A stretch of DNA of 30,093 nucleotides from a virus (IMGVR_UViG_2802429218_000005:1-30093); one strand, 5' to 3'. Counted from the stretch's first letter, positions 1 through 8,429 are shown. Numbers and translations: made by a program. The notes: generated from the sequence alone by a model not told the origin.

Positions 1-195
1 TCTGAGACAACATCTGGCAAGGCTGGGACGGAAGTCACTGTCGTTCTCAAAATCGGTGGAGCTGCATGACAAGGTCATCGGGCATTATCTGAACATAAAA
101 CACTATCAGTAAGTTGGAGTCATTACCCTATAGCTTTATTAACCAGTGTATACATAGGATATCGTGATTTATTAAATAAAGTATTTAATAATACA

Positions 196-864
196 GTGGT
201 TAAGTGGGGCGTAACTGGCTTTACATATTCAGTATGCTTATGGATCGCAAAGTTTAAGCTTGACATAGCTTATGGTATAGCCCCAGAAAATCTTAATTAC
301 TCAACATTAGCTTATGCTTTCATGCTCTCATTTCCAATAGGAGCAATGATTTGTGCAACTACAGTCTATATATACATATTTTTGCGAGATGTATCCCCAG
401 CAAAAATAGTAATATCCTCTATGATTTCAGTATATATTGGAAACTTGGCTCAACATCATATACAGGTGAACAATCTTCCTGAAAAAATAATATTAATAGG
501 ACTCATAATTATGGTCCCCTATAACATGGTCAATCTAGCCAGTTCATTAGTTATTAAAAGGAAATTTAATTTTAATCGTTTAGTATCAGGCTTATCCCTT
601 TTTGCTGTGTCAGTTGCTCTTTTTATTATTAGCATGACAGCAATGAAATATATTGAAAGATTTCAAGAAAAGTTTATTTTTCTTGATGCAAGAACATCTA
701 CGACATGTGGTAGCCCAGAAAGCAAATCTCTTTATATTGAAAAAAATGAAAATCAGTGTTATAAAATATCAGGAAATAAATTCTCGGAGTTAAGACTAAC
801 TCTTGTAGATAAAAACATCCCGAATATAAATAATAAGGGCACTTCAACTTATGAACAAAAATAA
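196..864 (+). CDS. Hypothetical multi-pass membrane protein (AT-rich; GTG start at 196 or first in-frame ATG at 322)
   Basis: Long ORF with several hydrophobic stretches typical of TM helices; stop overlaps start of next ORF (translational coupling). No family recognised. Confidence 0.45.
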   Translation: MVKWGVTGFTYSVCLWIAKFKLDIAYGIAPENLNYSTLAYAFMLSFPIGAMICATTVYIYIFLRDVSPAKIVISSMISVYIGNLAQHHIQVNNLPEKIILIGLIIMVPYNMVNLASSLVIKRKFNFNRLVSGLSLFAVSVALFIISMTAMKYIERFQEKFIFLDARTSTTCGSPESKSLYIEKNENQCYKISGNKFSELRLTLVDKNIPNINNKGTSTYEQK

Positions 865-1078
865 CCCTGCTAATTCATTTTCTATAGAAGCAAGGAAAGA
901 AGCTTTTCGGAGAGCTGAAGCCAGTCTTTTTTTATCAAGTAAAGATCCCAAAGGCTCCTCATTTTTTAATGAAATAAAAAATAAGGTAATCAATGGAGAG
1001 CTAACCTATGAAGAGGCAAAGAGAGAAGTGTTAAATCATCACATTGAACAATCTAAAAATAAAATTAAAAAAGGCTAA
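851..1078 (+). CDS. Small charged protein with weak VbhA/YhfG-like (Fic-antitoxin-like) resemblance
   Basis: ATG at 851 overlaps stop of upstream ORF; segments RRAEASLFLSS...VINGELTYEEAKREV resemble my recollection of VbhA helices, but the inhibitory S-x-x-x-E-G motif is S-x-x-x-S-S here. Confidence 0.4.
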   Translation: MNKNNPANSFSIEARKEAFRRAEASLFLSSKDPKGSSFFNEIKNKVINGELTYEEAKREVLNHHIEQSKNKIKKG

Positions 1079-1283
1079 CATCCAGTTAGCTGTATTAGCT
1101 CAGGCTCGAACTGACAGTTTGCGTAGGCAAAATGCAACCAAATCTGACAGTCTGCTTTGAGCGAGGAGCGGACGTAGGGAATTGGTCCTTTCCCCCAACG
1201 ATAACGTGTGTTAATCAGCCGAGAGTGGGTTATGAAACGCGGTGAATAGTTATGTTCCCAGTATCGCCATATTCCAGCCACTT

Positions 1284-2669
1284 TCAACGCATGCTTTTTG
1301 CGGCCTTATCTTGCTCCCAATGTGTGACACCTTCGACCCCACGCGTCGAGTCAGATGTAAGCATCAATGGCTGTCTAAGGAAGAGCCCCATCAAATCCGG
1401 GACACGGGCAAAGTCTTGAACAGTCTCAGCCCACTCATAGTTGTCCTCTAATGGGTAATAATTAACGGCATGCAGGAAAGCACCCAACACAGTTGTTTTA
1501 GAGGCATCGTAGGCCGAGATATGCTCCATGTTTTTATCCCTACGTAGTTCTTCAATATCTATGCCTTCGCAAGTCTCATACCAAATATGCACCACGCCAG
1601 CACGATCAGGGGGAATCTGCATGACTCCATCATTGAGCAAGCTCTTGAAATGCTTGGATCTGAGGCCAAGAGAAATCTCATGATCGCAGCGCCACTGAGC
1701 TCCAACGCACTTTGCAACATCCTCTACAAAAATGTTGAGAATATCGTTATTGGTGCCAGGACGAATAACTCTCTGAGCGATAGTCGAGATACTTCGTTTC
1801 TCATTGCTATCTAGCTCCCCAAATACCAGCAATTCATGCTGTGGGCTATTGGCTCTGACTGAAAATTTTCTGTAGTGACGTCTGAGACCTAATTTGTCGA
1901 TGGCTCGTATTCCCACACTGATTGAACCTTCATTAGCTTTTCCCGTCCCCCCTTTAATGGCTAGATTCACCGCTTTAATAACGTCTGCCGGAGTCACACT
2001 GGCGACCTGCTCATGGAAAATTATATCGACAATGTTCCATGGTGCGACTTTGAGCATATGTTGGCTCAATTGATGCCAGATGTTGGCCCAGGCTTGCTCT
2101 TCTGTCTTTGAGTACTTGGTTTGCTTATCCGACCTTTTGCACTCGACGTAGAACTCCAGATCACCTAACTTGACAAGCATATCCGGTGATTTTTTGGTCT
2201 TTCCATCGGGCCAAACAATGCTGCTTTCTGGGATGAAGGCAACCTCATAGCCGTTCTTTAGGTAGAACGATGCCGTCAGCAGCTCAAAAATTTGAGTTTC
2301 TGGTTTATTGTTATTTGCTAGCATTTTGTCCAGAACATCATCGACGTATGGGACTTTGCGAAGCTGGTCTGCAACAGCTCCGATGGCCATAGCATAGGGG
2401 TAGATACGTCTGCTGCTGTAAGTAGCATCACTATATGGAAAATCATGAGACAGATACGACGCCAGAATGTACCAGTCGATGTCATCTTCTGCTGGTATGA
2501 AGAGCTGGGGCTCTATCGGCAGATTGATGTTAAACTTAGCCTCCTTCTCTCTTATGCGCTTGAAATATGCAGCTTTGCGAGCAGCCCAGGCCTCAGTTCC
2601 AAGCCTATCCACAAGCAACTGATAAAAAGCTTTTGTTCTTAAACGCTCAACACTACTGACACTATCCAT
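1284..2669 (-). CDS. Hypothetical 461-aa protein with PD-(D/E)xK-type nuclease motif (PDMLVKLGDLEFYVECK)
   Basis: Long ORF, convergent with upstream pair; motif P162-D163...E172...E176-x-K178 encoded at 2136..2186 (verified by reverse-complement translation). Confidence 0.65.
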   Translation of the reverse strand: MDSVSSVERLRTKAFYQLLVDRLGTEAWAARKAAYFKRIREKEAKFNINLPIEPQLFIPAEDDIDWYILASYLSHDFPYSDATYSSRRIYPYAMAIGAVADQLRKVPYVDDVLDKMLANNNKPETQIFELLTASFYLKNGYEVAFIPESSIVWPDGKTKKSPDMLVKLGDLEFYVECKRSDKQTKYSKTEEQAWANIWHQLSQHMLKVAPWNIVDIIFHEQVASVTPADVIKAVNLAIKGGTGKANEGSISVGIRAIDKLGLRRHYRKFSVRANSPQHELLVFGELDSNEKRSISTIAQRVIRPGTNNDILNIFVEDVAKCVGAQWRCDHEISLGLRSKHFKSLLNDGVMQIPPDRAGVVHIWYETCEGIDIEELRRDKNMEHISAYDASKTTVLGAFLHAVNYYPLEDNYEWAETVQDFARVPDLMGLFLRQPLMLTSDSTRGVEGVTHWEQDKAAKSMR

Positions 2670-2929
2670 TGCGGTCTCTCTTGGTTGTTGTATAGAGTCT
2701 TTAGCGATATATGTGATTTCAACTTATTGGAGGTATTATCCTTCAGAAATCAAAGTTTGCTACCACAAAGAAATAGAAACTCTTTATTGCATCCTGTGTA
2801 AGTATCTATCCAAGCGGACCATTAGTTTTTTTAGATATCTGACGTCCCGCAACGTCCGCTTCTGGCACAGAGCGGACTGTCAGCTTAGGTTAAGCCCTAT
2901 GATCCTACCCACGTAATATGGACACAGGC

Positions 2930-3796
2930 CTAAGCGAGGTTCTTGTTTTCAAATTGTTCCGGACTGAGGCCGCCACACCAACTGTGCCGCCGCCACCGAT
3001 TGTAATCACATTCGATATAATTAAACACCGTTGCCCGCATTATTTCCCGGCTGATAAAGTGTTCTCCATGGATACATTCCACTTTCAGCGAATGAAAGAA
3101 GCTTTCCACGCAGGCATTATCGTAGCAGCAACCTTTTGCGCTCATACTTCCACGCAGATTATGCCGCTTCAGTTGCGCCTGATAATCTGCTGAACAGTAC
3201 TGGCCTCTACGGTCCGTGTGAACGATAACGTTCCGGGGCCTCTTACGCCGCCACAGCGCCATCTGCAGGGCATCGCAGGCCAGTTGCGCCGTCATGCGTG
3301 GCGACATTGACCAGCCAATAACGGCACGTGACCACAGGTCAATGACCACTGCCAGATACAGCCAGCCTTCATCTGTACGTAAGTACGTGATGTCTCCTGC
3401 CCACTTCTGGTTCGGGCCACTGGCGTAAAAATCCTGCTCCAACAGATTTTCTGACACAGGCAGGCCGTGTGCGCGGTAGCTGACCGGGCTGAACTTCCGG
3501 GAGGCCTTTGCCCTCAGTCCCTGACGGCGCAGGCTTGCCGCCACGGTTTTTACGTTAAAGGGGTAACCCTGAGCACGCAGTTCATCCGTCAGGCGTGGGG
3601 CACCGTAACGCTGTTTTGACCGGGTAAAAGCCGCGAGGACAACGCTGTCGCAGTGTTGGCGGAACTGCTGACGCGTGCTTATCCTTGTCCGCCGCTGACA
3701 CCACGTATACCAGCCGCTGCGGGCCACCCGGAGCACGCGGCACATTGCTTTGATGCTGAACTCAGCCTGATGTTTTTCAATAAAGACATACTTCAT
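2930..3796 (-). CDS. insF: IS3 transposase OrfB (DDE catalytic component; normally expressed as OrfAB by -1 frameshift)
   Basis: Translation [32 protein letters not shown]... with integrase-core motifs ([18 protein letters not shown]); frame is -1 relative to orfA. Confidence 0.9.
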   Translation of the reverse strand: MKYVFIEKHQAEFSIKAMCRVLRVARSGWYTWCQRRTRISTRQQFRQHCDSVVLAAFTRSKQRYGAPRLTDELRAQGYPFNVKTVAASLRRQGLRAKASRKFSPVSYRAHGLPVSENLLEQDFYASGPNQKWAGDITYLRTDEGWLYLAVVIDLWSRAVIGWSMSPRMTAQLACDALQMALWRRKRPRNVIVHTDRRGQYCSADYQAQLKRHNLRGSMSAKGCCYDNACVESFFHSLKVECIHGEHFISREIMRATVFNYIECDYNRWRRHSWCGGLSPEQFENKNLA

Positions 3797-4101
3797 TTCA
3801 GGCGCTTCGCGAAGTATGTCGCGGCCTTTTGGAGGATAGCCAGCTCTTCATCCCGTTCTGCCAGCTGGCGTTTGAGACGTGCAATCTCGGTAGACATCTC
3901 CAGTTCACGTTCAGAAGACGTCTGCTGATTTTGCTGTTTACTGCGCCAGTTGTAGAGCTGTGATTCATACAGGCTGAGTTCACGGGCTGCGGCAGTAACA
4001 CCGATGCGTTCAGCAAGCTTCAGGGCTTCACTGCGAAATTCAGGCGAATGCTGTTTACGGGGTTTTTTACTGGTTGATACTGTTTTTGTCATGTGAGTCA
4101 C
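3793..4101 (-). CDS. insE: IS3 transposase OrfA (HTH component)
   Basis: Translation [35 protein letters not shown]... matches IS3 OrfA as I recall it; ATGA overlap with orfB. Confidence 0.9.
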   Translation of the reverse strand: MTHMTKTVSTSKKPRKQHSPEFRSEALKLAERIGVTAAARELSLYESQLYNWRSKQQNQQTSSERELEMSTEIARLKRQLAERDEELAILQKAATYFAKRLK

Positions 4102-4213
4102 CTCTGACTGAGAGTTTACTCACTTAGCCGCGTGTCCACTATTGCTGGGTAAGATCACTATGCAGTAAAAGTGTAAGATCAAGTTTGAGCTAATACAAGT
4201 TAGCCTCTTTTCA

Positions 4214-4426
4214 CTAGTGAGCCATTTTATAGTCCCTTAATGCATTTTTAAGTAACTCAGTTTGCTCATAAGCATCATCATAATTATAAATTCCGGTAGC
4301 AGAATAATACTCTTCGATGCATAGAATATTTATCAATGGTTCACAAATCTCTTTAATAAACTCCTTGTTGTTATCGGCAAAAATAATTTTTATTCCTTCC
4401 AAAACAAAGCTATTATAATCAGCCAT
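4214..4426 (-). CDS. Hypothetical small acidic protein (70 aa) downstream of trbL
   Basis: Strong Shine-Dalgarno AAGGAGGTGGATA upstream of ATG; AT-rich; no family recognised. Confidence 0.5.
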   Translation of the reverse strand: MADYNSFVLEGIKIIFADNNKEFIKEICEPLINILCIEEYYSATGIYNYDDAYEQTELLKNALRDYKMAH

Positions 4427-4495
4427 TATCCACCTCCTTACAGGTGTTTAGTGGAAGCGTCAGTTAACGTTACCGCGCTAACTGACGCGTCTAAA

Positions 4496-5899
4496 TCAAG
4501 ATTTTTTACTGCCAGTAAAACTATCACCCTCAAACTCATCCTGTTCGTGGTTACTCTGACGATCGGCTGTGTGTTTACGTATTTGATTCGCTATTTCCCC
4601 ACCAACAGTCTGTTGTGTTCGGATAGAATTAGCACTTCCCTTCATCATCTGATACTCCGATGCTCCATTAGACAGCCCGCTCGCCATGTGAGAAGCCATG
4701 CGGCCAGCTCGTGAGAATGATGAAGCAAACCCCTGGCTTCCTCCGCTGACGCTACCTGTATTGCTCCCTGCAGAAGAACCACCGGAACCGCCTGATGGTT
4801 GTCCTCCAGAAGTATCTACGGAACCGGTATCTTCCCCGCCGCCAAATCCTCCACCTAAACCACCTTTATCACCAGAACCAGATTCTTCGGCCATCGCCGC
4901 TTGTGCAGATTCAAATGCTGCTTTTAGAGCGGAAGCACCACCACTGACTTGAGCTGTAGCGCTCATTGCCATTGCCCCAGCGCCACTGATTGCAGTAGTA
5001 GCAGCGCCAGTAATCATACCTGCTCCAAAACCACCGATCCCTTGTAAGGACGCTCCTCCAACAACGCCTGATAACAACAACGGTAATTTATTCGTCAATA
5101 CTAAAAGAATAATTGACGCCAGAAGTAAAACAATAAGACTATTAAGATCAGGAATATCATTTTTAATAATAGAAAAATACTGATCTAAAAATGATTGCCC
5201 AATCCCAATGATTAATGTCATTGTAAATAATTGAATACCAATCGATAATACTGTGCGTAAGTAATTTATTGCTATATCAGAAGTCCATTTCGAGCCACCA
5301 AACCCAAGAAAAATAACTCCTGCATAACACAACACCCATGCAGAAACTAACATTATTAGCATATTTATCGCGATAAGCGCCATTACTACTAATACTATTA
5401 TCGCGACGGTTATCATTATGGTCGAAATCATTGGAGACCAAATTGATGCCGCTGAACTGACCTTTGTTAATATCACAAAAGCTATATCAACTATGCTGGA
5501 GGGTGAAATACCAGTACTTGTTCCTAAAGCATTTGCTGCAAGTTGTCTCATTGAGTTAATTATAGATTGTGCTATGGCTGGGCCGTTGATTAAAAGATAA
5601 TAAAAAAAACCTATCACGGCAAAAAAACGAACTATTTCTGCAAGTGCATTGATTAAACCTTCCCCTTGCATCGCCAACATACCAAATGTCCAAACCATAC
5701 TGATTAATACCAGCCCCCAGAAGAGCCAATTCGCATAATCACCAATTACTAATGACCATGTGCTGGCTACTTGCTGAAACTTATCTAATAACGTATCAAG
5801 TAAACCGCTACTATCTAATTGACCAGCATAAGCATTTACAGAAAACAAAAAAATCATTCCCCAAAAAGTGAGTTTGCTTACTATTCTCATAATTACCAT
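4496..5899 (-). CDS. trbL: Conjugal transfer protein TrbL/VirB6-like (polytopic membrane protein with Gly/Ser-rich C-terminal tail)
   Basis: Multiple hydrophobic TM segments followed by a GGxGG/SGGS-rich low-complexity tail, typical of TrbL; sits in trbJ-K-L order. Confidence 0.75.
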   Translation of the reverse strand: MVIMRIVSKLTFWGMIFLFSVNAYAGQLDSSGLLDTLLDKFQQVASTWSLVIGDYANWLFWGLVLISMVWTFGMLAMQGEGLINALAEIVRFFAVIGFFYYLLINGPAIAQSIINSMRQLAANALGTSTGISPSSIVDIAFVILTKVSSAASIWSPMISTIMITVAIIVLVVMALIAINMLIMLVSAWVLCYAGVIFLGFGGSKWTSDIAINYLRTVLSIGIQLFTMTLIIGIGQSFLDQYFSIIKNDIPDLNSLIVLLLASIILLVLTNKLPLLLSGVVGGASLQGIGGFGAGMITGAATTAISGAGAMAMSATAQVSGGASALKAAFESAQAAMAEESGSGDKGGLGGGFGGGEDTGSVDTSGGQPSGGSGGSSAGSNTGSVSGGSQGFASSFSRAGRMASHMASGLSNGASEYQMMKGSANSIRTQQTVGGEIANQIRKHTADRQSNHEQDEFEGDSFTGSKKS

Positions 5900-6066
5900 T
5901 CTCGCTTAGGGCTAGGATTGTTATTACTGCGCAGGGCACATTTATCGTAGCTATGTTCGTTCAATTTATTCTCTGGCGTCGATAAACAATCGTCATCTTT
6001 TTTATCACAAGAGCATAGAATCAATGGAATGATTAGAATAAAAATGACCAAAAGTTTATCTTTCAT
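5893..6066 (-). CDS. Small lipoprotein-like ORF (57 aa), TrbK-like entry-exclusion candidate; not in supplied ORF track
   Basis: Hand translation MKDKLLVIFILIIPLILCSCDKKDDDCLSTPENKLNEHSYDKCALRSNNNPSPKREW; signal-peptide-like N-terminus with Cys; stop overlaps trbL start (GAATGGTAA); positioned between trbJ and trbL as trbK is in P-type systems. Confidence 0.4.
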   Translation of the reverse strand: MKDKLLVIFILIIPLILCSCDKKDDDCLSTPENKLNEHSYDKCALRSNNNPSPKREW

Positions 6067-6077
6067 TCAGCTATCCC

Positions 6078-6872
6078 TCACCAAATTCGCTTCGGGCTTG
6101 GTGTGTTCTCGCCAGCTAACGCTTTTTCATCAGCAACTATTTGTTGGGCCTCTTTATCGGTCTGAGCCAGCGCCAGTGTTGCTGCAGCGTTTTGTTGAGC
6201 TATCAGAAGCGAGCGGATTTGCAGCAGCTGGTTTGTTTGAGCACTGGCAAGCTGGTTAGCGGCCTGAATAGCTTCCATTTGCCCTTGCGCGCCGGTTGCC
6301 TGAGTTTGCAAATCTGTCAGGTTATCAGCATCGCTTTGCAGTGTTTCCTGCTGTTGATCGAGAGCCTTAAACACGGCGTCGTTCGCCTTTTTACGTGCCT
6401 CAGAGTTGTTCTGTTCAGCTTTACGCAGTGCGCTGATTTCATCCGCAGTACATTCAACATTACTGTTAAAGCACGGCGATGAGCGGTAGTAATTCACGTC
6501 CTGATAACGTTTCAGATATGAATCCAGACTACCGGCCTGATTTTTGTAGTAATTAAGGGTGTCCTGCGCCTGCAACAATTTGTTGATGGTCGAATTGGCC
6601 TGATCCCAGATATAGGCTGCAGGCGCGACTGTATTTTTGAGCATGTTTTCATACTGCTGCAGCTGCGTCTGGTACTGCTGGATCTGTTTAGCCACAGCCT
6701 GAACGTTATTGACTGCGCTGATTGTGGTCTGCACCACATTAGTACCATCGATGACAGGGATACCGGCTGTCGCCGGTAATGCCATGATGGATGCCAGGAA
6801 GGAAGCTGCTAAAGATTTTTTAGCTGCTAAAATCCCTCTCAGTGATGAAAATACTAGGAGCATTAACTTCAT
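6078..6872 (-). CDS. trbJ: Conjugal transfer protein TrbJ (VirB5-like)
   Basis: Signal-peptide-like N-terminus then AGIPVIDGTNVVQTTISAV and Q-rich coiled-coil region typical of TrbJ; adjacent to trbL. Confidence 0.75.
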   Translation of the reverse strand: MKLMLLVFSSLRGILAAKKSLAASFLASIMALPATAGIPVIDGTNVVQTTISAVNNVQAVAKQIQQYQTQLQQYENMLKNTVAPAAYIWDQANSTINKLLQAQDTLNYYKNQAGSLDSYLKRYQDVNYYRSSPCFNSNVECTADEISALRKAEQNNSEARKKANDAVFKALDQQQETLQSDADNLTDLQTQATGAQGQMEAIQAANQLASAQTNQLLQIRSLLIAQQNAAATLALAQTDKEAQQIVADEKALAGENTPSPKRIW

Positions 6873-6953
6873 TTGCCCACCTTAATTTTAACTGATTATT
6901 GATATTGAAAACTCGTACTTTTAACAGATACAGATATTTAGGAAGCCATAAAT

Positions 6954-7319
6954 TTATTTATCCAAGATTCTATCCATAATATTTCTTAGTTCTTGTCTGG
7001 TTGATTCTATTTTAGCAAGCAACGTTTTTATTAATGAGGGTGAAAAATCAACTGTGCGTGGATCGTTAGCTAACCACAGTTTAAGTAACCCACCAAGTCG
7101 ACCAAGATCAGCATTTACTCGGCTAAGCTCTACAACCTGATCAATATCTACAATAGACTCAACCTGATAACCCATTGCTACTTTACGAATGAAACTCGCT
7201 ACACTTAAGCCAGATGCTTCTGCATTTTCCTGGATTTGCGCTTTTTCATCTGGCAAACAATAAACTTTAATTGGTGTACTATTTTTTCTAGTCTGAGAAA
7301 CGGTCATATCATTCTCCAT
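6954..7319 (-). CDS. MobC-family relaxosome accessory (mobilisation) protein, ribbon-helix-helix type
   Basis: Motifs AEASGLSVASFIRKVAMG and RLGGLLKLWL resemble MobC family; size about 120 aa; upstream of trb genes. Confidence 0.55.
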   Translation of the reverse strand: MENDMTVSQTRKNSTPIKVYCLPDEKAQIQENAEASGLSVASFIRKVAMGYQVESIVDIDQVVELSRVNADLGRLGGLLKLWLANDPRTVDFSPSLIKTLLAKIESTRQELRNIMDRILDK

Positions 7320-7387
7320 ACAGGCGGTAGCCGATCAGCCTCGCAGAGCAGGACTCCATTGAGCAGCCCAGCTGCGAATAAGGGAAG

Positions 7388-7425
7388 GTAAAGTAGAAGC
7401 GCCGTTTACGGTGGGCCTACTTTAC
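7388..7425. repeat. 9-bp inverted repeat gtaaagtag / ctactttac with 20-nt spacer, about 70 bp upstream of MobC-like gene
   Basis: Read directly from sequence; arms are perfect reverse complements. Confidence 0.5.
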
Positions 7426-7590
7426 ATGTCCTGCCCCACTGTTGCCGTTGTATATCTGTGTACCCATTGTGTATTTCGGTGTAAGCAGTGTGTTTTTTTG
7501 ATGTATTTCTGCAGGTTTATTCATATATTAAGTGTGTAATATATGTGTTTTCTGAAAGGAAACTGATTTAAATACCAAAATTTAAGATAA

Positions 7591-7872
7591 TTATTCTTTC
7601 GGTTTTATCTTCGGTGGCCTACCTCGTTTCTTTTGAACCATTTCAGCACGCTGCATTAAATCGCGGTTTTCCAGCTCTGATTCAACAGAATTATCTATCC
7701 ACTCTTTAACATCTTCTCGACGCCACAAAAGTCGCTTATTGCCAGGAAGACGGCATCTGGGAGGGAGGCATTTAGGGTTCCGAGTTGCATCACTACGGAT
7801 ACTTTTCACTGTTTTCTTCAAAGCAAAAGCTAACTCTTCGACGGTTATAAGTTCAGGCATAACTGGTTTCAT
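7591..7872 (-). CDS. AlpA/excisionase-family HTH DNA-binding protein
   Basis: LITVEELAFALKKTVKSIR ... RLPGNKRLLWRREDVKEWI resembles HTH_17/AlpA/Xis-type regulators of integrative elements; basic C-terminal tail. Confidence 0.55.
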   Translation of the reverse strand: MKPVMPELITVEELAFALKKTVKSIRSDATRNPKCLPPRCRLPGNKRLLWRREDVKEWIDNSVESELENRDLMQRAEMVQKKRGRPPKIKPKE

Positions 7873-8180
7873 AGCAGAACCTATCTCTCAGAAAATATTT
7901 TCAGGATTTTAGCCGCTATAATTTTAGCCGCTAAATTTTGCAAACCAACGTTAAGAATTGAGAATACCCAAAAATTATCACCTGAAATATTTCTGTCAAC
8001 ACCTCAACAGCTAGAGGAAATAAAAAACCACTGGACCAGCTCTATTTTTTGTTCGTTTTTTGCACAACAATAAGGTTTTAATAAGTCTTTTAGTATTTTG
8101 GTTATATATATGGTTAAAGATCTGGTTAGAGAACAATAAAACAATAGCTAATCCGTTGTTTTGTAATTAATTTAAAAAAA

Positions 8181-8246
8181 TGCCCTACCTCATATGTCAA
8201 TAATTTGCCCCTCATATGTCATGAAATGGCCCCTCATATGTCATAA
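8181..8246. repeat. Three tandem iteron-like direct repeats, 22-bp period, core cctcatatgtca (8188, 8210, 8232)
   Basis: Direct reading: tgccctacctcatatgtcaata / atttgcccctcatatgtcatga / aatggcccctcatatgtcataa. Confidence 0.7.
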
Positions 8247-8331
8247 ACATAAAAAAACAAGCACAGGTTATAAACATAGTTACTAATAGAATTTGTGGAT
8301 AAATGCACAGGATATACGCAAAAAATATAAA

Positions 8332-8347
8332 TTGTTTAGCTAAACAA
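8332..8347. promoter_or_regulatory. Perfect 16-bp palindrome TTGTTTAGCTAAACAA (copy 1), candidate operator
   Basis: Exact self-complementary sequence; identical second copy at 8505..8520. Confidence 0.6.
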
Positions 8348-8403
8348 AATAGCAACAATAAAAATGAAACAAAATGTAAATAATGGATTTTGGCTATAGT
8401 TAC

Positions 8404-8429
8404 CCACAAAGGTTAGCTAACCTTTGTGG
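8404..8429. promoter_or_regulatory. Perfect 26-bp palindrome CCACAAAGGTTAGCTAACCTTTGTGG sharing core TTAGCTAA with the 16-bp palindromes
   Basis: Exact self-complementary sequence; followed by a 16-bp palindrome tctcataattatgaga at 8432..8447. Confidence 0.6.

Larger units (their letters stand above)
2900..4157 (-). mobile_element. IS3 insertion sequence, complete (1258 bp) with imperfect terminal inverted repeats
   Basis: Ends tgatcctacccac (2900) and ctgggtaagatca (ending 4157) match IS3 termini from memory; encodes OrfA/OrfB; flanked by 3-bp direct repeat cta (2897..2899 and 4158..4160). Confidence 0.9.

Noticed and set aside
1-112. Two open frames running in from the left window edge (stops at 69 and 112)
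   Set aside because: Both frames are open with no distinguishing features and under 40 codons are visible; which, if either, is a real gene 3' end cannot be decided from this window.
2713-2916. 67-aa plus-strand ORF running into the IS3 terminus
   Set aside because: It ends inside the IS3 inverted repeat and has no recognisable features; most likely a chance ORF in the AT-rich leader, or at best the disrupted end of something the IS hit.
2918-3193. Plus-strand ORF inside IS3 (91 aa) and similar antisense ORFs 3653..3928, 3798..4016
   Set aside because: Antisense to the well-defined IS3 transposase genes; chance ORFs.
4451-4952. Plus-strand ORFs (87 aa, 84 aa, Pro-rich) antisense to trbL
   Set aside because: They mirror the Gly/Ser-rich low-complexity region of trbL on the opposite strand; compositional artefact.
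6029-6748. Plus-strand ORFs 6029..6259 and 6141..6482 and minus ORF 6512..6748 overlapping trbJ
   Set aside because: Antisense or alternative-frame ORFs within a confidently called trbJ; no independent support.
8181-8246. Possibility that the three direct repeats are a miniature CRISPR array
   Set aside because: Only three copies, a 22-bp period with roughly 10-bp variable parts, and no cas genes or leader-like context; far more consistent with iterons.
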